Assembly: GCA_024694365.1 (NCBI GenBank)
Contig: JAILJX010000124.1
Location: forward strand, 49-64,048
Direction of reading: 5' to 3'
Origin: Kiritimatiellia bacterium
GTDB taxonomy: Bacteria > Verrucomicrobiota > Kiritimatiellia > RFP12 > UBA1067
Length of the DNA: 64,000 nt
In this document: positions 28,994 to 38,325 of the stretch, piece by piece
How positions within the stretch are numbered: the stretch's first letter is position 1
Layout of the letters: each line of letters opens with the position of its first letter
Made by a program: the position numbers and the translations under genes
The notes under the pieces: generated by a model
What the model saw: the letters and a program-made list of their open reading frames with translations, nothing else
Database searches by the model: none
Told to the model about the DNA's origin: nothing

Positions 28994-29063
28994 AATTGCC
29001 GGCAGTCGCGCAAAAGGAGGCGTGGGGCCGGGAAACGGCGTGCGCGCGCGATGCGCGGATTTT

Positions 29064-29072
29064 TGGTATAAT
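29064..29072 (+). promoter_or_regulatory. Extended -10 box TGGTATAAT for the GH2 gene
   Basis: TGGTATAAT at 29064-29072, divergent from the sulfatase promoter. An in-frame ATG lies 7 nt downstream (29080), and an SD-preceded ATG at 29119. Confidence 0.5.
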
Positions 29073-29118
29073 ACCCGTCATGTTACGGATGCATACACAA
29101 GGGAAGGGAGAAATCAGC

Positions 29119-31740
29119 ATGATGAAACGCATTACCGCCGCCGCGCTCTGCGCCGCGTTCGCCTGCAATGCACTGGCCGGACAGCGCGCATCGTTCGATG
29201 CAGACTGGCGATTCGGCAAATTCGGCAAGTTTGCCGACTGTCTTGCGGCCGCCGAGCCGTCCGATGCCGCAAAACCCGGCTTTGACGATTCGAAGTGGAG
29301 GCTTCTCGACCTGCCTCACGATTGGGGCGTCGAATCGCCCTTCATCATGTCCGAGCCGAACCAGACGGGATCGCTCCCGTGGAATGCCGTCGGATGGTAC
29401 AGGAAAACGTTCTCCATACCCGCCTCCGCCAAGGGAAAGCGCCTTTTCCTGGACTTCGACGGCGCGATGATGACGCCCGACGTCTATGTAAACGGCGAGA
29501 AGGCGGGCGAGTGGAAGTATGGCTACAGCTCATTCCGCATCGACATCACGCCTTTCGTCAAGTATGGCGAGAAGAATCTCTTCGCCGTACGCGTGGAAAA
29601 CAAGACCAACTCCACGCGCTGGTATCCCGGCGCAGGAATCTACCGCCACGTCTGGCTGTCGACTTCCGATCCCGTCCATTTTGAACATTGGGGCGTGTCC
29701 GTCTCCTCGTCCGACGTGAAGGGGATCAGTCTCAAGCCCAGAAGCGCAACCTCTCAGTCCGCCACGGTGACAGTCGAAGTGGAGATCAAGAACGATTCCG
29801 CCAAGGATGATACGGTCGCCGTCTCCGGCGAGATAGAAGGAGCCGGGGAGGGCGCCAAGAGATACGGCGAATTCTCCAGGAAGGGCATCAAGGTCCCCGC
29901 CGGCGCCTGCGTCAAGGAGTCGTTCACATGCAGGCTCAAGGGACCGGTTCCCCTTTGGGACGTCTCCGATCCCTCCAGACTGCGTCTTGGCGTCAAACTC
30001 TTCGGCAAGAACGGCAAGAAGCTCCTAGACACCCATGCCGAGCGCTTCGGCGTGAGGACGGTCGAGTGGAAGGCCGACGGATTCCACCTCAACGGGCGTC
30101 GCGTGAAGCTTAACGGCGTCTGCCAGCATCATGACCAGGGCCCTCTCGGCGCCGCCGTCCACAAGCGTGCCATCGAGCGTCAGGTCGAGATTCTGGAGTC
30201 TTTCGGCGTCAACGCGATCCGCACGAGCCACAACCCTCCGGCTCCCGAGCTTCTCGACATCTGCGACAGGCGCGGAATCCTCGTTCTCGACGAACTTTTC
30301 GACTGCTGGAAGTCGCTGAAGGAGGGCAAGCAGAACGGATACAATCTTTTCTGGGATGACTGGCGCTACAAAGACGTCGCCAACTGGGTGCGGCGCGACA
30401 GGAACCATCCCTGCGTCATAGCCTGGTCGATCGGCAACGAAATCGCCGAGCAGGGACAGGGCGCCGAGGGCGCCGCGAGGGCGAAAGACCTGGTCCAGGC
30501 CGTCAAATCCCATGATCCGGCCCGTCTCGTCACGTGCGGCTGCAATGACGTGCGCGCGGCGGACAACGCCTTCGGCAAGGAACTCGACATCCACGGCTTC
30601 AACTACAAGCCGAACGACTACGGCGCGTTCCTCAAGAACCACAAGGGGCATCCGTTCTTCTCTTCCGAATCTTCGTCCTGCGTCTCTACGCGCGGCTTCT
30701 ATTCCTTCCCCGCAGACGATGGGGACTTCGCTCCTTTCTGGCGACGCAACTTCTGCGACAACCTCGCCGTCTGCCAGGTCTCCGACTATGGAATCTACGC
30801 CCCCGGCTGGGCATACGCGCCGGACGTGGAGTTCGCCGCGCAGGAGGATTACCCCGAGGTCGCCGGCGAATTTGTGTGGACCGGGTTCGACTACCTCGGC
30901 GAGCCTACCCCATGGAATCTCGGCCGCAAGCCGGCGAACGACTTCCGCGGTCTCCCCGAAGCCGAGATCAAGCGTCTCGAGGCGGAACTGGAGGAAATCA
31001 AGAAGCAGGGCACACCTTCAAGGAGCAGCTACTTCGGAATCGTGGATCTTTGCGGCTTCCGCAAGGATCGCGCCTGGCTCTATCAGTCGCAGTGGCTTCC
31101 GGACGTCCCCATGGCCCACATCCTGCCCCATTGGAATTGGCAGGGTCTGCGCGACGGCAGGAAAACCCCCGTTTTCGTCTATACTTCAGGCGATTCCGCC
31201 GAGCTTTTCCTGAACGGAAAGTCGCTCGGCAAGCGCGTGAAGAAAGCCAAGGCTTCTTTGACGGGCAAGGATCTCAACGGCGATATGCGCGAAAGATTCC
31301 GCCTGACATGGATGGATGTCGTCTACGAGCCCGGAAAACTCGAAGTTGTCGCCTACAAGGACGGCAAGGAGTGGGCGCGAGATGCTGTCGAGACGACCGG
31401 ACCCGTCTCCACGTTCCGCGCCAAGGCAGACCGCGCGACCGTCTCGGCCGACGGACACGACCTCTCCTATGTCGAAATCGACACTCTCGACGCGAAGGGA
31501 CGTGTCGTGCCGACGGGAAAAGACCGCTTCACCTTCAAGGTCGAAGGGCCTTTCGATCTCGTCGGAGTGTGCAACGGCGACCCGACCGATCACGAGTCCA
31601 TGAAAGGCGATTCGATGCGGGCTTTCGCAGGCAAGGCCCAGGCGATCGTCAGAAGCCGCAAGGACAAGCCGGGGAAGGGCGCTCTCGTCATCACGCGAGA
31701 AGGCGGCGAGACCAAGAGGGTCGAACTCAAGTCCAGGTGA
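29119..31740 (+). CDS. Glycoside hydrolase family 2 (beta-galactosidase-like), secreted
   Basis: 873 aa from MMKRITAAALCAAFACNALAG (SD GGGAAGGGAG). Motifs DLPHDWGVE and NHPCVIAWSIGNE (acid/base Glu). Alternative leaderless start at 29080. Confidence 0.85.
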   Translation: MMKRITAAALCAAFACNALAGQRASFDADWRFGKFGKFADCLAAAEPSDAAKPGFDDSKWRLLDLPHDWGVESPFIMSEPNQTGSLPWNAVGWYRKTFSIPASAKGKRLFLDFDGAMMTPDVYVNGEKAGEWKYGYSSFRIDITPFVKYGEKNLFAVRVENKTNSTRWYPGAGIYRHVWLSTSDPVHFEHWGVSVSSSDVKGISLKPRSATSQSATVTVEVEIKNDSAKDDTVAVSGEIEGAGEGAKRYGEFSRKGIKVPAGACVKESFTCRLKGPVPLWDVSDPSRLRLGVKLFGKNGKKLLDTHAERFGVRTVEWKADGFHLNGRRVKLNGVCQHHDQGPLGAAVHKRAIERQVEILESFGVNAIRTSHNPPAPELLDICDRRGILVLDELFDCWKSLKEGKQNGYNLFWDDWRYKDVANWVRRDRNHPCVIAWSIGNEIAEQGQGAEGAARAKDLVQAVKSHDPARLVTCGCNDVRAADNAFGKELDIHGFNYKPNDYGAFLKNHKGHPFFSSESSSCVSTRGFYSFPADDGDFAPFWRRNFCDNLAVCQVSDYGIYAPGWAYAPDVEFAAQEDYPEVAGEFVWTGFDYLGEPTPWNLGRKPANDFRGLPEAEIKRLEAELEEIKKQGTPSRSSYFGIVDLCGFRKDRAWLYQSQWLPDVPMAHILPHWNWQGLRDGRKTPVFVYTSGDSAELFLNGKSLGKRVKKAKASLTGKDLNGDMRERFRLTWMDVVYEPGKLEVVAYKDGKEWARDAVETTGPVSTFRAKADRATVSADGHDLSYVEIDTLDAKGRVVPTGKDRFTFKVEGPFDLVGVCNGDPTDHESMKGDSMRAFAGKAQAIVRSRKDKPGKGALVITREGGETKRVELKSR

Positions 31741-32389
31741 TTTCCGAGCGAAAGGGCTTTGCCCATCGCGGGGAGTTGATCTTCAGCTCCAGCGAGTGGA
31801 GCATGAGGCGGCGCGATTTGGCGCCGCCGTATTTTTCATCCCCTTCGACGGGATGGCCCGCTTCAGCGAAATGCACCCTTATCTGGTTCTTGCGCCCCGT
31901 GTGAAGCTTGATCTCCACCAGCGAAAAGTCGCGTCCCGCAGAGAGAACCCGCCACTCGGTTTTCGCGTATTTCGCGTCTTTGGCGCTTTTCGGAACCGAC
32001 CTTACCCTGTATCCGTCGGAATCCTCCTTCAGATACGATTCGTATGCGCCGCTTTCCGCCTCCATCTTGCCCCTTACGCGCGCGAGATATGTCTTTTCCG
32101 TGAGCCGTGCCCAGTTAGACCGGAAGTATTCCGCGACTTCAGGCGATTTTGCGAACATCATGACTCCGCTCGTCTCCCTGTCCAGGCGATGCACGAGCCA
32201 GACCTTTTTCGACGACTTGGACTGGCCTTTCCTGACATGGTTCGTAAGGATGTTCTCGGCCGTCGCCTGCTCTTCGCGGGCGCGGCGTCCCCAAAGGCGC
32301 GTGTTTGTCGTAAGAAGCCCGGCCGGCTTGTCGATGACGATGATGTCGCGGTCCTCGAAAATGACGGGAAACGGAAGATGTCTGTTCAT
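31727..32389 (-). CDS. RluA-family pseudouridine synthase
   Basis: 220 aa. Motifs IIVIDKPAGLLT and HRLDRETSGVMMFAK (catalytic Asp). The 3' end overlaps the GH2 3' end by 14 nt. Confidence 0.85.
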   Translation of the reverse strand: MNRHLPFPVIFEDRDIIVIDKPAGLLTTNTRLWGRRAREEQATAENILTNHVRKGQSKSSKKVWLVHRLDRETSGVMMFAKSPEVAEYFRSNWARLTEKTYLARVRGKMEAESGAYESYLKEDSDGYRVRSVPKSAKDAKYAKTEWRVLSAGRDFSLVEIKLHTGRKNQIRVHFAEAGHPVEGDEKYGGAKSRRLMLHSLELKINSPRWAKPFRSEITWT

Positions 32390-32397
32390 TGTCCGAT

Positions 32398-32406
32398 ATT
32401 ATACCA
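32398..32406 (-). promoter_or_regulatory. Extended -10 box TGGTATAAT (minus strand); leaderless rluA-family mRNA
   Basis: The reverse complement of 32398-32406 is TGGTATAAT, 8 nt from the ATG at 32389. Confidence 0.5.
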
Positions 32407-32447
32407 TATCTCGCCACGGGCCGCTCGTTGCGTCGCAGGGCGGAATA

Positions 32448-32456
32448 TGCTATAAT
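32448..32456 (+). promoter_or_regulatory. Extended -10 box TGCTATAAT; leaderless htrA mRNA
   Basis: TGCTATAAT at 32448-32456, 9 nt before ATG 32466. Divergent from the rluA promoter. Confidence 0.5.
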
Positions 32457-32465
32457 ACGCCCCCT

Positions 32466-33806
32466 ATGAAGAAATTGTTGCTCGGGGGGGCGGCGCTTCT
32501 CGCGTGCGCCGGTTGCTTGGTTCAGGGTCCTGATTTCCGCGAAACGGTATCGGAATCGAAGGAATCCGTGTTCCCGTCGCTTGTCTTCATCCGTGTCATA
32601 ACGGAGGGGACCAGCGCCGGCAAACTCGAGAAGATGCAGGCTTCCGGCTCCGGCGTCATCATCACCGAAGATGGCGAGCTGCTCACAAACCACCATGTCG
32701 TGGACCGCGCTTCAAGGATACGCTGCCAGCTTTCCGACGGCGAGATGTACGATGCGACGCTCATCGGCAAGGACAAGGATCTTGACGTCGCCCTGCTGAA
32801 GCTTGTCGCGCCCGGAGGGAAGAAGTTCCCGGCCGCCAAGCTCTCTTCGCGCAAACTCGACGTCGGCGAGGTCGTCCTCGCCATGGGTGCTCCTTGGGGA
32901 CTGGCCCGGTCCGTCTCGATGGGCATAATCTCCTGCAACGACCGGTATCTCGAGGATTGCGGCGACTACACCCTCTGGTATCAGACCGACGCCGCGATCT
33001 CTCCCGGCAATTCCGGCGGGCCCCTTGTCGACACCAATGGTGAGGTCGTCGGCCTCAATACGCGCGGCAGCACCGCCGGCGCGCAGGGTTTCACCATCCC
33101 TTCGCCTATAATAACGGATATCCTCCCCAACCTTCGCGAACACGGCAATGCCCATTGGGCATGGTTCGGCATAGACTGGCAGCCCTTGAAAGATTTCGAA
33201 CGCGACACTTTCTTTGATGCCGAAACAGGCGTCATCGTCGCAGGAACCGACGCCCAGGGCCCCGCCAGGAAGGCCGGCATCAAGTCTAACGACCGCGTGA
33301 TATCGATCGACGGCGAGCCTTCCACGGCCGTCTTCCGCGAGAACATTCCGGACCTCAACCGCGCGCTCGCCCTGAAGGACTGGTCGAAACCCGTGGAATT
33401 CGAGCTGGTGAGGGACGGCGAGACCATGAAGATTTCCGTTACGCCGGAGTCAAAGGGCAGCGTCGAGGGCAAAGAGATAGAGTTCAAGCGCTGGGGCTTC
33501 ACCGCCAAGGACATCAACCGCTTCGACACCAAGGATCTCGCCCAGATGGCTCCGGACGGAGGCGTGTTCATATCTTCCGTCGCCTGGGAGGGCAATGCGG
33601 ACCGCGCCGGCTTCAAACCGCGCGACATCGTGCTGAAATGGGGCGGAAAGAAGATCAAGAGCGTGGCGGAGCTCAAGGCGGTCTACGACGACGCCATGGA
33701 GCATATCGACGAACGCACGCAGATCGGCGTGGACATCATCCGCCGCGGTTCCCAGCAGCATTTCATTCTCAACTACAGACAGGATCCAGACAAGGAGGAG
33801 TATTGA
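32466..33806 (+). CDS. htrA: HtrA/DegP-family serine protease with PDZ domains (lipoprotein-type signal)
   Basis: 446 aa from MKKLLLGGAALLACAGC. Catalytic LTNHHVV ... GNSGGPLVD, followed by two PDZ-like regions. The 632-aa ORF extension is antisense to rluA and is rejected. Confidence 0.85.
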   Translation: MKKLLLGGAALLACAGCLVQGPDFRETVSESKESVFPSLVFIRVITEGTSAGKLEKMQASGSGVIITEDGELLTNHHVVDRASRIRCQLSDGEMYDATLIGKDKDLDVALLKLVAPGGKKFPAAKLSSRKLDVGEVVLAMGAPWGLARSVSMGIISCNDRYLEDCGDYTLWYQTDAAISPGNSGGPLVDTNGEVVGLNTRGSTAGAQGFTIPSPIITDILPNLREHGNAHWAWFGIDWQPLKDFERDTFFDAETGVIVAGTDAQGPARKAGIKSNDRVISIDGEPSTAVFRENIPDLNRALALKDWSKPVEFELVRDGETMKISVTPESKGSVEGKEIEFKRWGFTAKDINRFDTKDLAQMAPDGGVFISSVAWEGNADRAGFKPRDIVLKWGGKKIKSVAELKAVYDDAMEHIDERTQIGVDIIRRGSQQHFILNYRQDPDKEEY

Positions 33807-33807
33807 T

Positions 33808-36042
33808 ATGACTACGAAGTTAGCTGCGGCCGTCTTCTGCGCCGCGCTCGCTCTCGGCTCCGTCGCCGGAGAAGAGACCGCAAAGCCCAAAACAGCCAAG
33901 GAACTCGCCGCCGAACAGCACGCCAGGGTGGAGCGTTTCGGCAAAAGCGCCGGAACGGTGAGGTATTGGCTGAAGAAGAATGCGGACGGCCTCGAGCCCA
34001 AGTTCGACATTCCGTACGTTTGCCCGTGTTGCGGAAAGGACCATTGGCGCAATGCAGGCGTCAGCGTCGCGAACGGCATCCCTGCGGAATTCGCCTGCTT
34101 TGTCCTCTCTCCCGACGAAGTCGTCATGCAGGATCTCGCGATCGACCCCGAATTCGTAGACAGGATCGAGGTCTCCGTCGCCGGCGAGACCCGCTCCGCC
34201 GTAGAGAGCGAGGCGTGCCCCGAGGCCTGCGCGCTGATCCTCAAGACCTCCGCCCCTTTCACCAAGGCGGTCCCTCTCGACTTCACCGGCAAAGGCGAAC
34301 CCGCAGATCCTTCCTATTTCTGGATCGTGCGCGAAAACGGCGAGACGGTCTCGTCCGTGTCCAAGAGCGGCGCATCGTCCTCCCGCCATCATGTCGAGGC
34401 GAACGCCGATGTGTACGACGGCAAGCCCAATACGCTCGTCCTGGACGAAAACGGCGAGCCCGTGACCGTTGCATTCCAGACCAAGATCGTGCTCGGCGGG
34501 GAGATTTTCACTCCTCCGTCCTCCTGGAAGCGCGAGAGCGCCTCTCTCCGCTGCGAGCGCAAGCGGGCTTTCGAGGAGGGGCTGAAGAAGTCCATCCTTC
34601 CCGCCTACATCCAGCTCGAGGCCGCACCCAAGGAAGGCGGAGCGATGCAGTCCATCGTCCTCTTTTCCATGGGCGACGAACCCGCCCAGCAGCAGGACGA
34701 CATCGATACCTACGTCATTCTCGTCGAGGATCTCGCCATCATCCCCGTTTCCCTCGACCCCAAGGCCACCGCGCGTCTTTCGCGCATCGAGGCTACGCTT
34801 CCCGACGGCTCTAAGGCCCGCCTTGAATTCGTCGGCTCCCTCGCCGACCGCGGCGGAATGGTCGTCAAGTTCGCCGATGGTCTCCCGGACGGCCTCCAGC
34901 CCCTAAAGGTCGACAGCCGCCGCGCCATCGAGTTCTTCGGAAAGCCCGTGCGCGTCGCAGCCGTAGTCAACAAGGCCGGCTCGATCGTCATCAAGAGCGG
35001 GGTTGCCGAAATATGGAAGTTCGAGCGCGCGAAGGGCAACGTCGTCCGCACGGAAGCCGATCGCGTCAATGGCCTGGGCCTTGAGGAGAATGTCCGCTCC
35101 CAGGCCGCAAAAGGCTTTTCGTTCAGCGATGCGGGAATCCTAGGCATGACCCTCTCCGACCGCCGCGCCGGGAAGATGGACAACGGCAACGACGCGATCG
35201 AAGGCGCTGAACTGTACGCGCTTGTGAAAAGCCCCGTCTATGATTCCGAGAACGTCCCGCGCTCCGTCGAGGACCGCAAACGCACCCCGTGGCTTGGCGT
35301 CGAAGTCCAGACCGCCGGCGCGGATGTGCTGCGCGAGAAGAAAGCCAATTCCTACTTCCGCAGCTTCGATGCCGAGCGGGCCGCGCTCGTGACAGAGGTC
35401 GCCCCCAACTCGCCCGCCAGGAGGCTCGGCATCCTCAAAGGGGATGTTCTTCTCTCGGTCAAGTATCCGGGCGGCGACGAGCAGAAGCTCCTCAACGAGC
35501 GCGACATGCTCAGCGCAATCGACTGGAACGACGCCTTCGGCAGCGAGCGCTTCATAGAGGTCGCCAATTCCGGACAGCTTACCCCGTGGCCCAACGCCGA
35601 GGGCGGCATAAACGGCGTGCTGGCCGAGAATTTCGCCGTCGGCTCGGAGGTCGTCGTCGCGTGGATTTCGGACGGCAAGCGCCGCGAGGGCGTGTGCAAG
35701 CTCGACCTCGCCCCGCCCCACTTCAGCAATGCGCCGAGGACGAGAAGCCGCGAACTCGAAATGACCGTCTGCGACATGACCCACGAGGTCAGGCAGTACT
35801 TCAAGTTCAACAACGCTTCGCCCGGCGTCGTGGTCGCGAAGGTGAAGGGCGGCGGACTCGCCGCCGTCGCCGGCATCCGCCCCCTCGAACTGATCCTCGA
35901 GGTGAACGGAGAGCCTGTGACATGCGCCAAGGATTTTGCCGACAAGACCAAAGGCAAGAAGGAGCTGATGTTCAAGGTCCGCCGCCTTGGCTCCACCCGC
36001 ATGGTGCCCATACGCATAGACCGCGAAGCCGACGCCGAATAG
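33808..36042 (+). CDS. Secreted 744-aa protein with C-terminal PDZ domains, no protease domain
   Basis: Signal peptide MTTKLAAAVFCAALALGSVAG. CPCCGKDHW motif. PDZ-like segments PNSPARRLGILKGDVLLSV and GGLAAVAGIRPLELILEVNGEPV. Starts 1 nt after the htrA stop. Confidence 0.6.
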   Translation: MTTKLAAAVFCAALALGSVAGEETAKPKTAKELAAEQHARVERFGKSAGTVRYWLKKNADGLEPKFDIPYVCPCCGKDHWRNAGVSVANGIPAEFACFVLSPDEVVMQDLAIDPEFVDRIEVSVAGETRSAVESEACPEACALILKTSAPFTKAVPLDFTGKGEPADPSYFWIVRENGETVSSVSKSGASSSRHHVEANADVYDGKPNTLVLDENGEPVTVAFQTKIVLGGEIFTPPSSWKRESASLRCERKRAFEEGLKKSILPAYIQLEAAPKEGGAMQSIVLFSMGDEPAQQQDDIDTYVILVEDLAIIPVSLDPKATARLSRIEATLPDGSKARLEFVGSLADRGGMVVKFADGLPDGLQPLKVDSRRAIEFFGKPVRVAAVVNKAGSIVIKSGVAEIWKFERAKGNVVRTEADRVNGLGLEENVRSQAAKGFSFSDAGILGMTLSDRRAGKMDNGNDAIEGAELYALVKSPVYDSENVPRSVEDRKRTPWLGVEVQTAGADVLREKKANSYFRSFDAERAALVTEVAPNSPARRLGILKGDVLLSVKYPGGDEQKLLNERDMLSAIDWNDAFGSERFIEVANSGQLTPWPNAEGGINGVLAENFAVGSEVVVAWISDGKRREGVCKLDLAPPHFSNAPRTRSRELEMTVCDMTHEVRQYFKFNNASPGVVVAKVKGGGLAAVAGIRPLELILEVNGEPVTCAKDFADKTKGKKELMFKVRRLGSTRMVPIRIDREADAE

Positions 36043-36080
36043 CCGGCTCTTTACGCATAGCCTTCCGATCAAGGCTCAGA

Positions 36081-36118
36081 GTCGTCGCCGGGGATTCTCT
36101 CCGGCGATGACATTTTTG
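36081..36118 (+). terminator. Rho-independent terminator after the htrA / PDZ-protein pair
   Basis: 11-bp stem GTCGTCGCCGG (36081-36091) / CCGGCGATGAC (36101-36111) with one G-U pair and a 9-nt loop, followed by ATTTTTG. Confidence 0.6.
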
Positions 36119-36245
36119 TAATCCCGCTTTGCTCTTTCATGTCATTTCCGTTATGTATAATCTCGACCGTAACATCCAAAGGGATGCGACGGGTTGAAAT
36201 CCGGCGTCCGCCAAATCCAAACGAAAAACGAAAGGTGTGCATGAC

Positions 36246-38312
36246 ATGAAAAAACCGATTGCCGCATTTGCGCTCGCGGCGGCCTTCGCCGCGAATGCGG
36301 GAGACGTTCCGTCTCTCGCAGACTATCCGACGACAAACATCGTGCTGTCCGCCGGCTCGTACACCGCTGCATCGCCGGGGGTCAACTTCGTGCTCTCCGG
36401 TGCGATTTCCGGGGACGTGTCGATTTCCGCGGCGGACGGATGCTGCGTGACTCTGGGAGAAGGGCTGTCGATGTCGGGAACGCTCTCCATAGACGGCGAC
36501 GCGGCCGTGTGGGCGGACGGCGGCGCGATCTCCGCAGATGGCGCCAGCGCGGTTTCCGCCACGGGAGAGATTGTCCTTTGCGGAGACGGCACTGCGACGT
36601 ATTCCGGAGGCGCCGCCAAGACGGGGGTTCTTTCCGCCGGCTCCGTCGTGGTCGCTTCGGGCTTCCATGACGTAAACATGACTTTCACCGAAAAGAAGAA
36701 CGGCTACGGGGTGTACGTGGGTTCGTCCTATCTCCAGAGAGGCGGAAAGCTCTCCATCGCATCTTCCTGCACCGAATACAAGGATATCGGCGTGACCGGC
36801 CCGAAAAAGTCCGTGTTCAGTCTGGAGGGCGGAGTGCTGTCCATAGACATGAAGGGACCGAAGTCGTGCGGAGTCAACATGGACAAGGACAGCTGCACGA
36901 CGTCCATCTCCGGCGGGCAGCTCCTCCTTTCCATGTCGGGCGCCGCAGCGAAGGGCGTGAAGTCCGACGGACCCTTCGTGATGACGGGCGGCGTCCTCGA
37001 CGCGACCGTATCGGGCGACGTTCTGATCGAGGCCTACGAGGGCGAGGATGACGCCGGCGACACGCTGTATTACACCTGCTCGGTAAGCTCGTCCTCGATC
37101 GTCAAGGCCGGGACGTATCTCGTGCAGGATTCCTCCAAGCCTTACGCCGTGAAGTGCGGCTCGGTCGACATCTCGGGCGGAACCGTCCGCATCTCCGCCT
37201 CCGGCGTAGCGGGACGCGGAATCGGCGCCGACGGCGATCTCTCCGTCTCGGGCGGCTATGTCGACATAAACGTCTCCGGCGGCGTGTCGGGATATCTCGT
37301 CGCTTTCGAAGACGACAACTGCGTCACCTCCTGCCTCGACCGCGTGGCCGCCTGCTGCATCAAGCAGGGCAGCGCGGACGGACTCGCCTCCTTCACCGGC
37401 GGCACTGTATACCTTTCGGCGACGGGCGCCTCCGGCAAATGCATCAGCGTCGACGGAACTCTCGCCATCGGCACTGACGGATCTTCCGTCTCTCCGTCCG
37501 ACTCGTCTTTTTCGCCCGACATCCAGTGCACGACATCCGGCGCCAAGACCTATGTCGCCGCGCAGAAGCTCAAGTACTACCTCAATCTTGGTACGGTATC
37601 TTCGACCGCCGACGACCCCTCGTCCTCCGTCACGACGGTATCCTCTTCGCATGTCGTCTCGGGAAGCGGGGACAATGTCGACTATTCCAACCCCAAATGC
37701 GTCAAGGCCGAGACCGGCGTCGAGATGCACTCCGGACGTCTGAGGCTCCATTCCGAATGCGATGGCGGCGAGGGATTCGAGTCCAAGGGCGATATGCTCA
37801 TATCGGGCGGAATTCTCGAAGGCGTCTGCTGTGACGATGTGATAAACGCCGGCGGCGACCTCTCCATCACGGGCGGCTGGCTCTATTGCGGATCTACCGG
37901 GAACGACGCCATCGACTCCAACGGAGCGATTTCCATATCCGGCGGCACTGTTCTCGCGTTCACCGCGACCAATCCCGAAACGGGAATAGATCTCGACGAT
38001 GCGGGCAAGTTCAAGCTTACCGGCGGAATCATCCTCTCGTGCGGCTCCGCTACGAACATGGCCGTTGGTCCGAAGAGCTCTTCGACGACCCAGAAATACT
38101 ATCTCGCAACTTCCGCTTCCGCGTCCACCTACGCAGGGAAATACCTGAAAATCGCAGGGACTTCGACATATGTGAAAGTCCCGTCGATGGAGAGTCCGTC
38201 CGGCTCCATCTCCCTGCTCGTCTCGGCGCCGGGCTGTTCTGCGTCCGCGCCGACGGCGACATCGTCCCCGTCAGGCACATCCGCCGGTTTTCATGGCGTC
38301 TACACAAAGTGA
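36246..38312 (+). CDS. Secreted parallel beta-helix protein, Cthe_2159-like carbohydrate-binding family (tentative)
   Basis: 688 aa from MKKPIAAFALAAAFAANA. Repeated ISGG.V.(A/S).G coils and a GNDAIDSNGAISISGGTVLAF motif, which I recall as typical of PF14262-type proteins. A TATAAT box sits at 36156-36161 upstream. Confidence 0.5.
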   Translation: MKKPIAAFALAAAFAANAGDVPSLADYPTTNIVLSAGSYTAASPGVNFVLSGAISGDVSISAADGCCVTLGEGLSMSGTLSIDGDAAVWADGGAISADGASAVSATGEIVLCGDGTATYSGGAAKTGVLSAGSVVVASGFHDVNMTFTEKKNGYGVYVGSSYLQRGGKLSIASSCTEYKDIGVTGPKKSVFSLEGGVLSIDMKGPKSCGVNMDKDSCTTSISGGQLLLSMSGAAAKGVKSDGPFVMTGGVLDATVSGDVLIEAYEGEDDAGDTLYYTCSVSSSSIVKAGTYLVQDSSKPYAVKCGSVDISGGTVRISASGVAGRGIGADGDLSVSGGYVDINVSGGVSGYLVAFEDDNCVTSCLDRVAACCIKQGSADGLASFTGGTVYLSATGASGKCISVDGTLAIGTDGSSVSPSDSSFSPDIQCTTSGAKTYVAAQKLKYYLNLGTVSSTADDPSSSVTTVSSSHVVSGSGDNVDYSNPKCVKAETGVEMHSGRLRLHSECDGGEGFESKGDMLISGGILEGVCCDDVINAGGDLSITGGWLYCGSTGNDAIDSNGAISISGGTVLAFTATNPETGIDLDDAGKFKLTGGIILSCGSATNMAVGPKSSSTTQKYYLATSASASTYAGKYLKIAGTSTYVKVPSMESPSGSISLLVSAPGCSASAPTATSSPSGTSAGFHGVYTK

Positions 38313-38325
38313 AAGGAGCATTGAG

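Noticed and set aside
29080-29118. Leaderless start at ATG 29080 for the GH2 gene
   Set aside because: It is plausible given the box 7 nt upstream. ATG 29119 has a strong GGGAAGGGAG SD and yields a canonical signal peptide, so I kept 29119 as primary and 29080 as an alternative.
31908-32465. N-terminal 186-aa extension of the htrA ORF (632-aa version)
   Set aside because: The extension is antisense to the rluA-family gene and has no homology. ATG 32466 gives a proper lipoprotein signal and is preceded by an extended -10 box.
36069-37751. 560-aa ORF on the minus strand
   Set aside because: It lies almost entirely (36246-37751) antisense to the well-supported secreted beta-helix gene (36246-38312). 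The translation is Arg/Gly/Ala-rich low complexity, typical of spurious ORFs in GC-rich DNA, and there is no promoter or SD.
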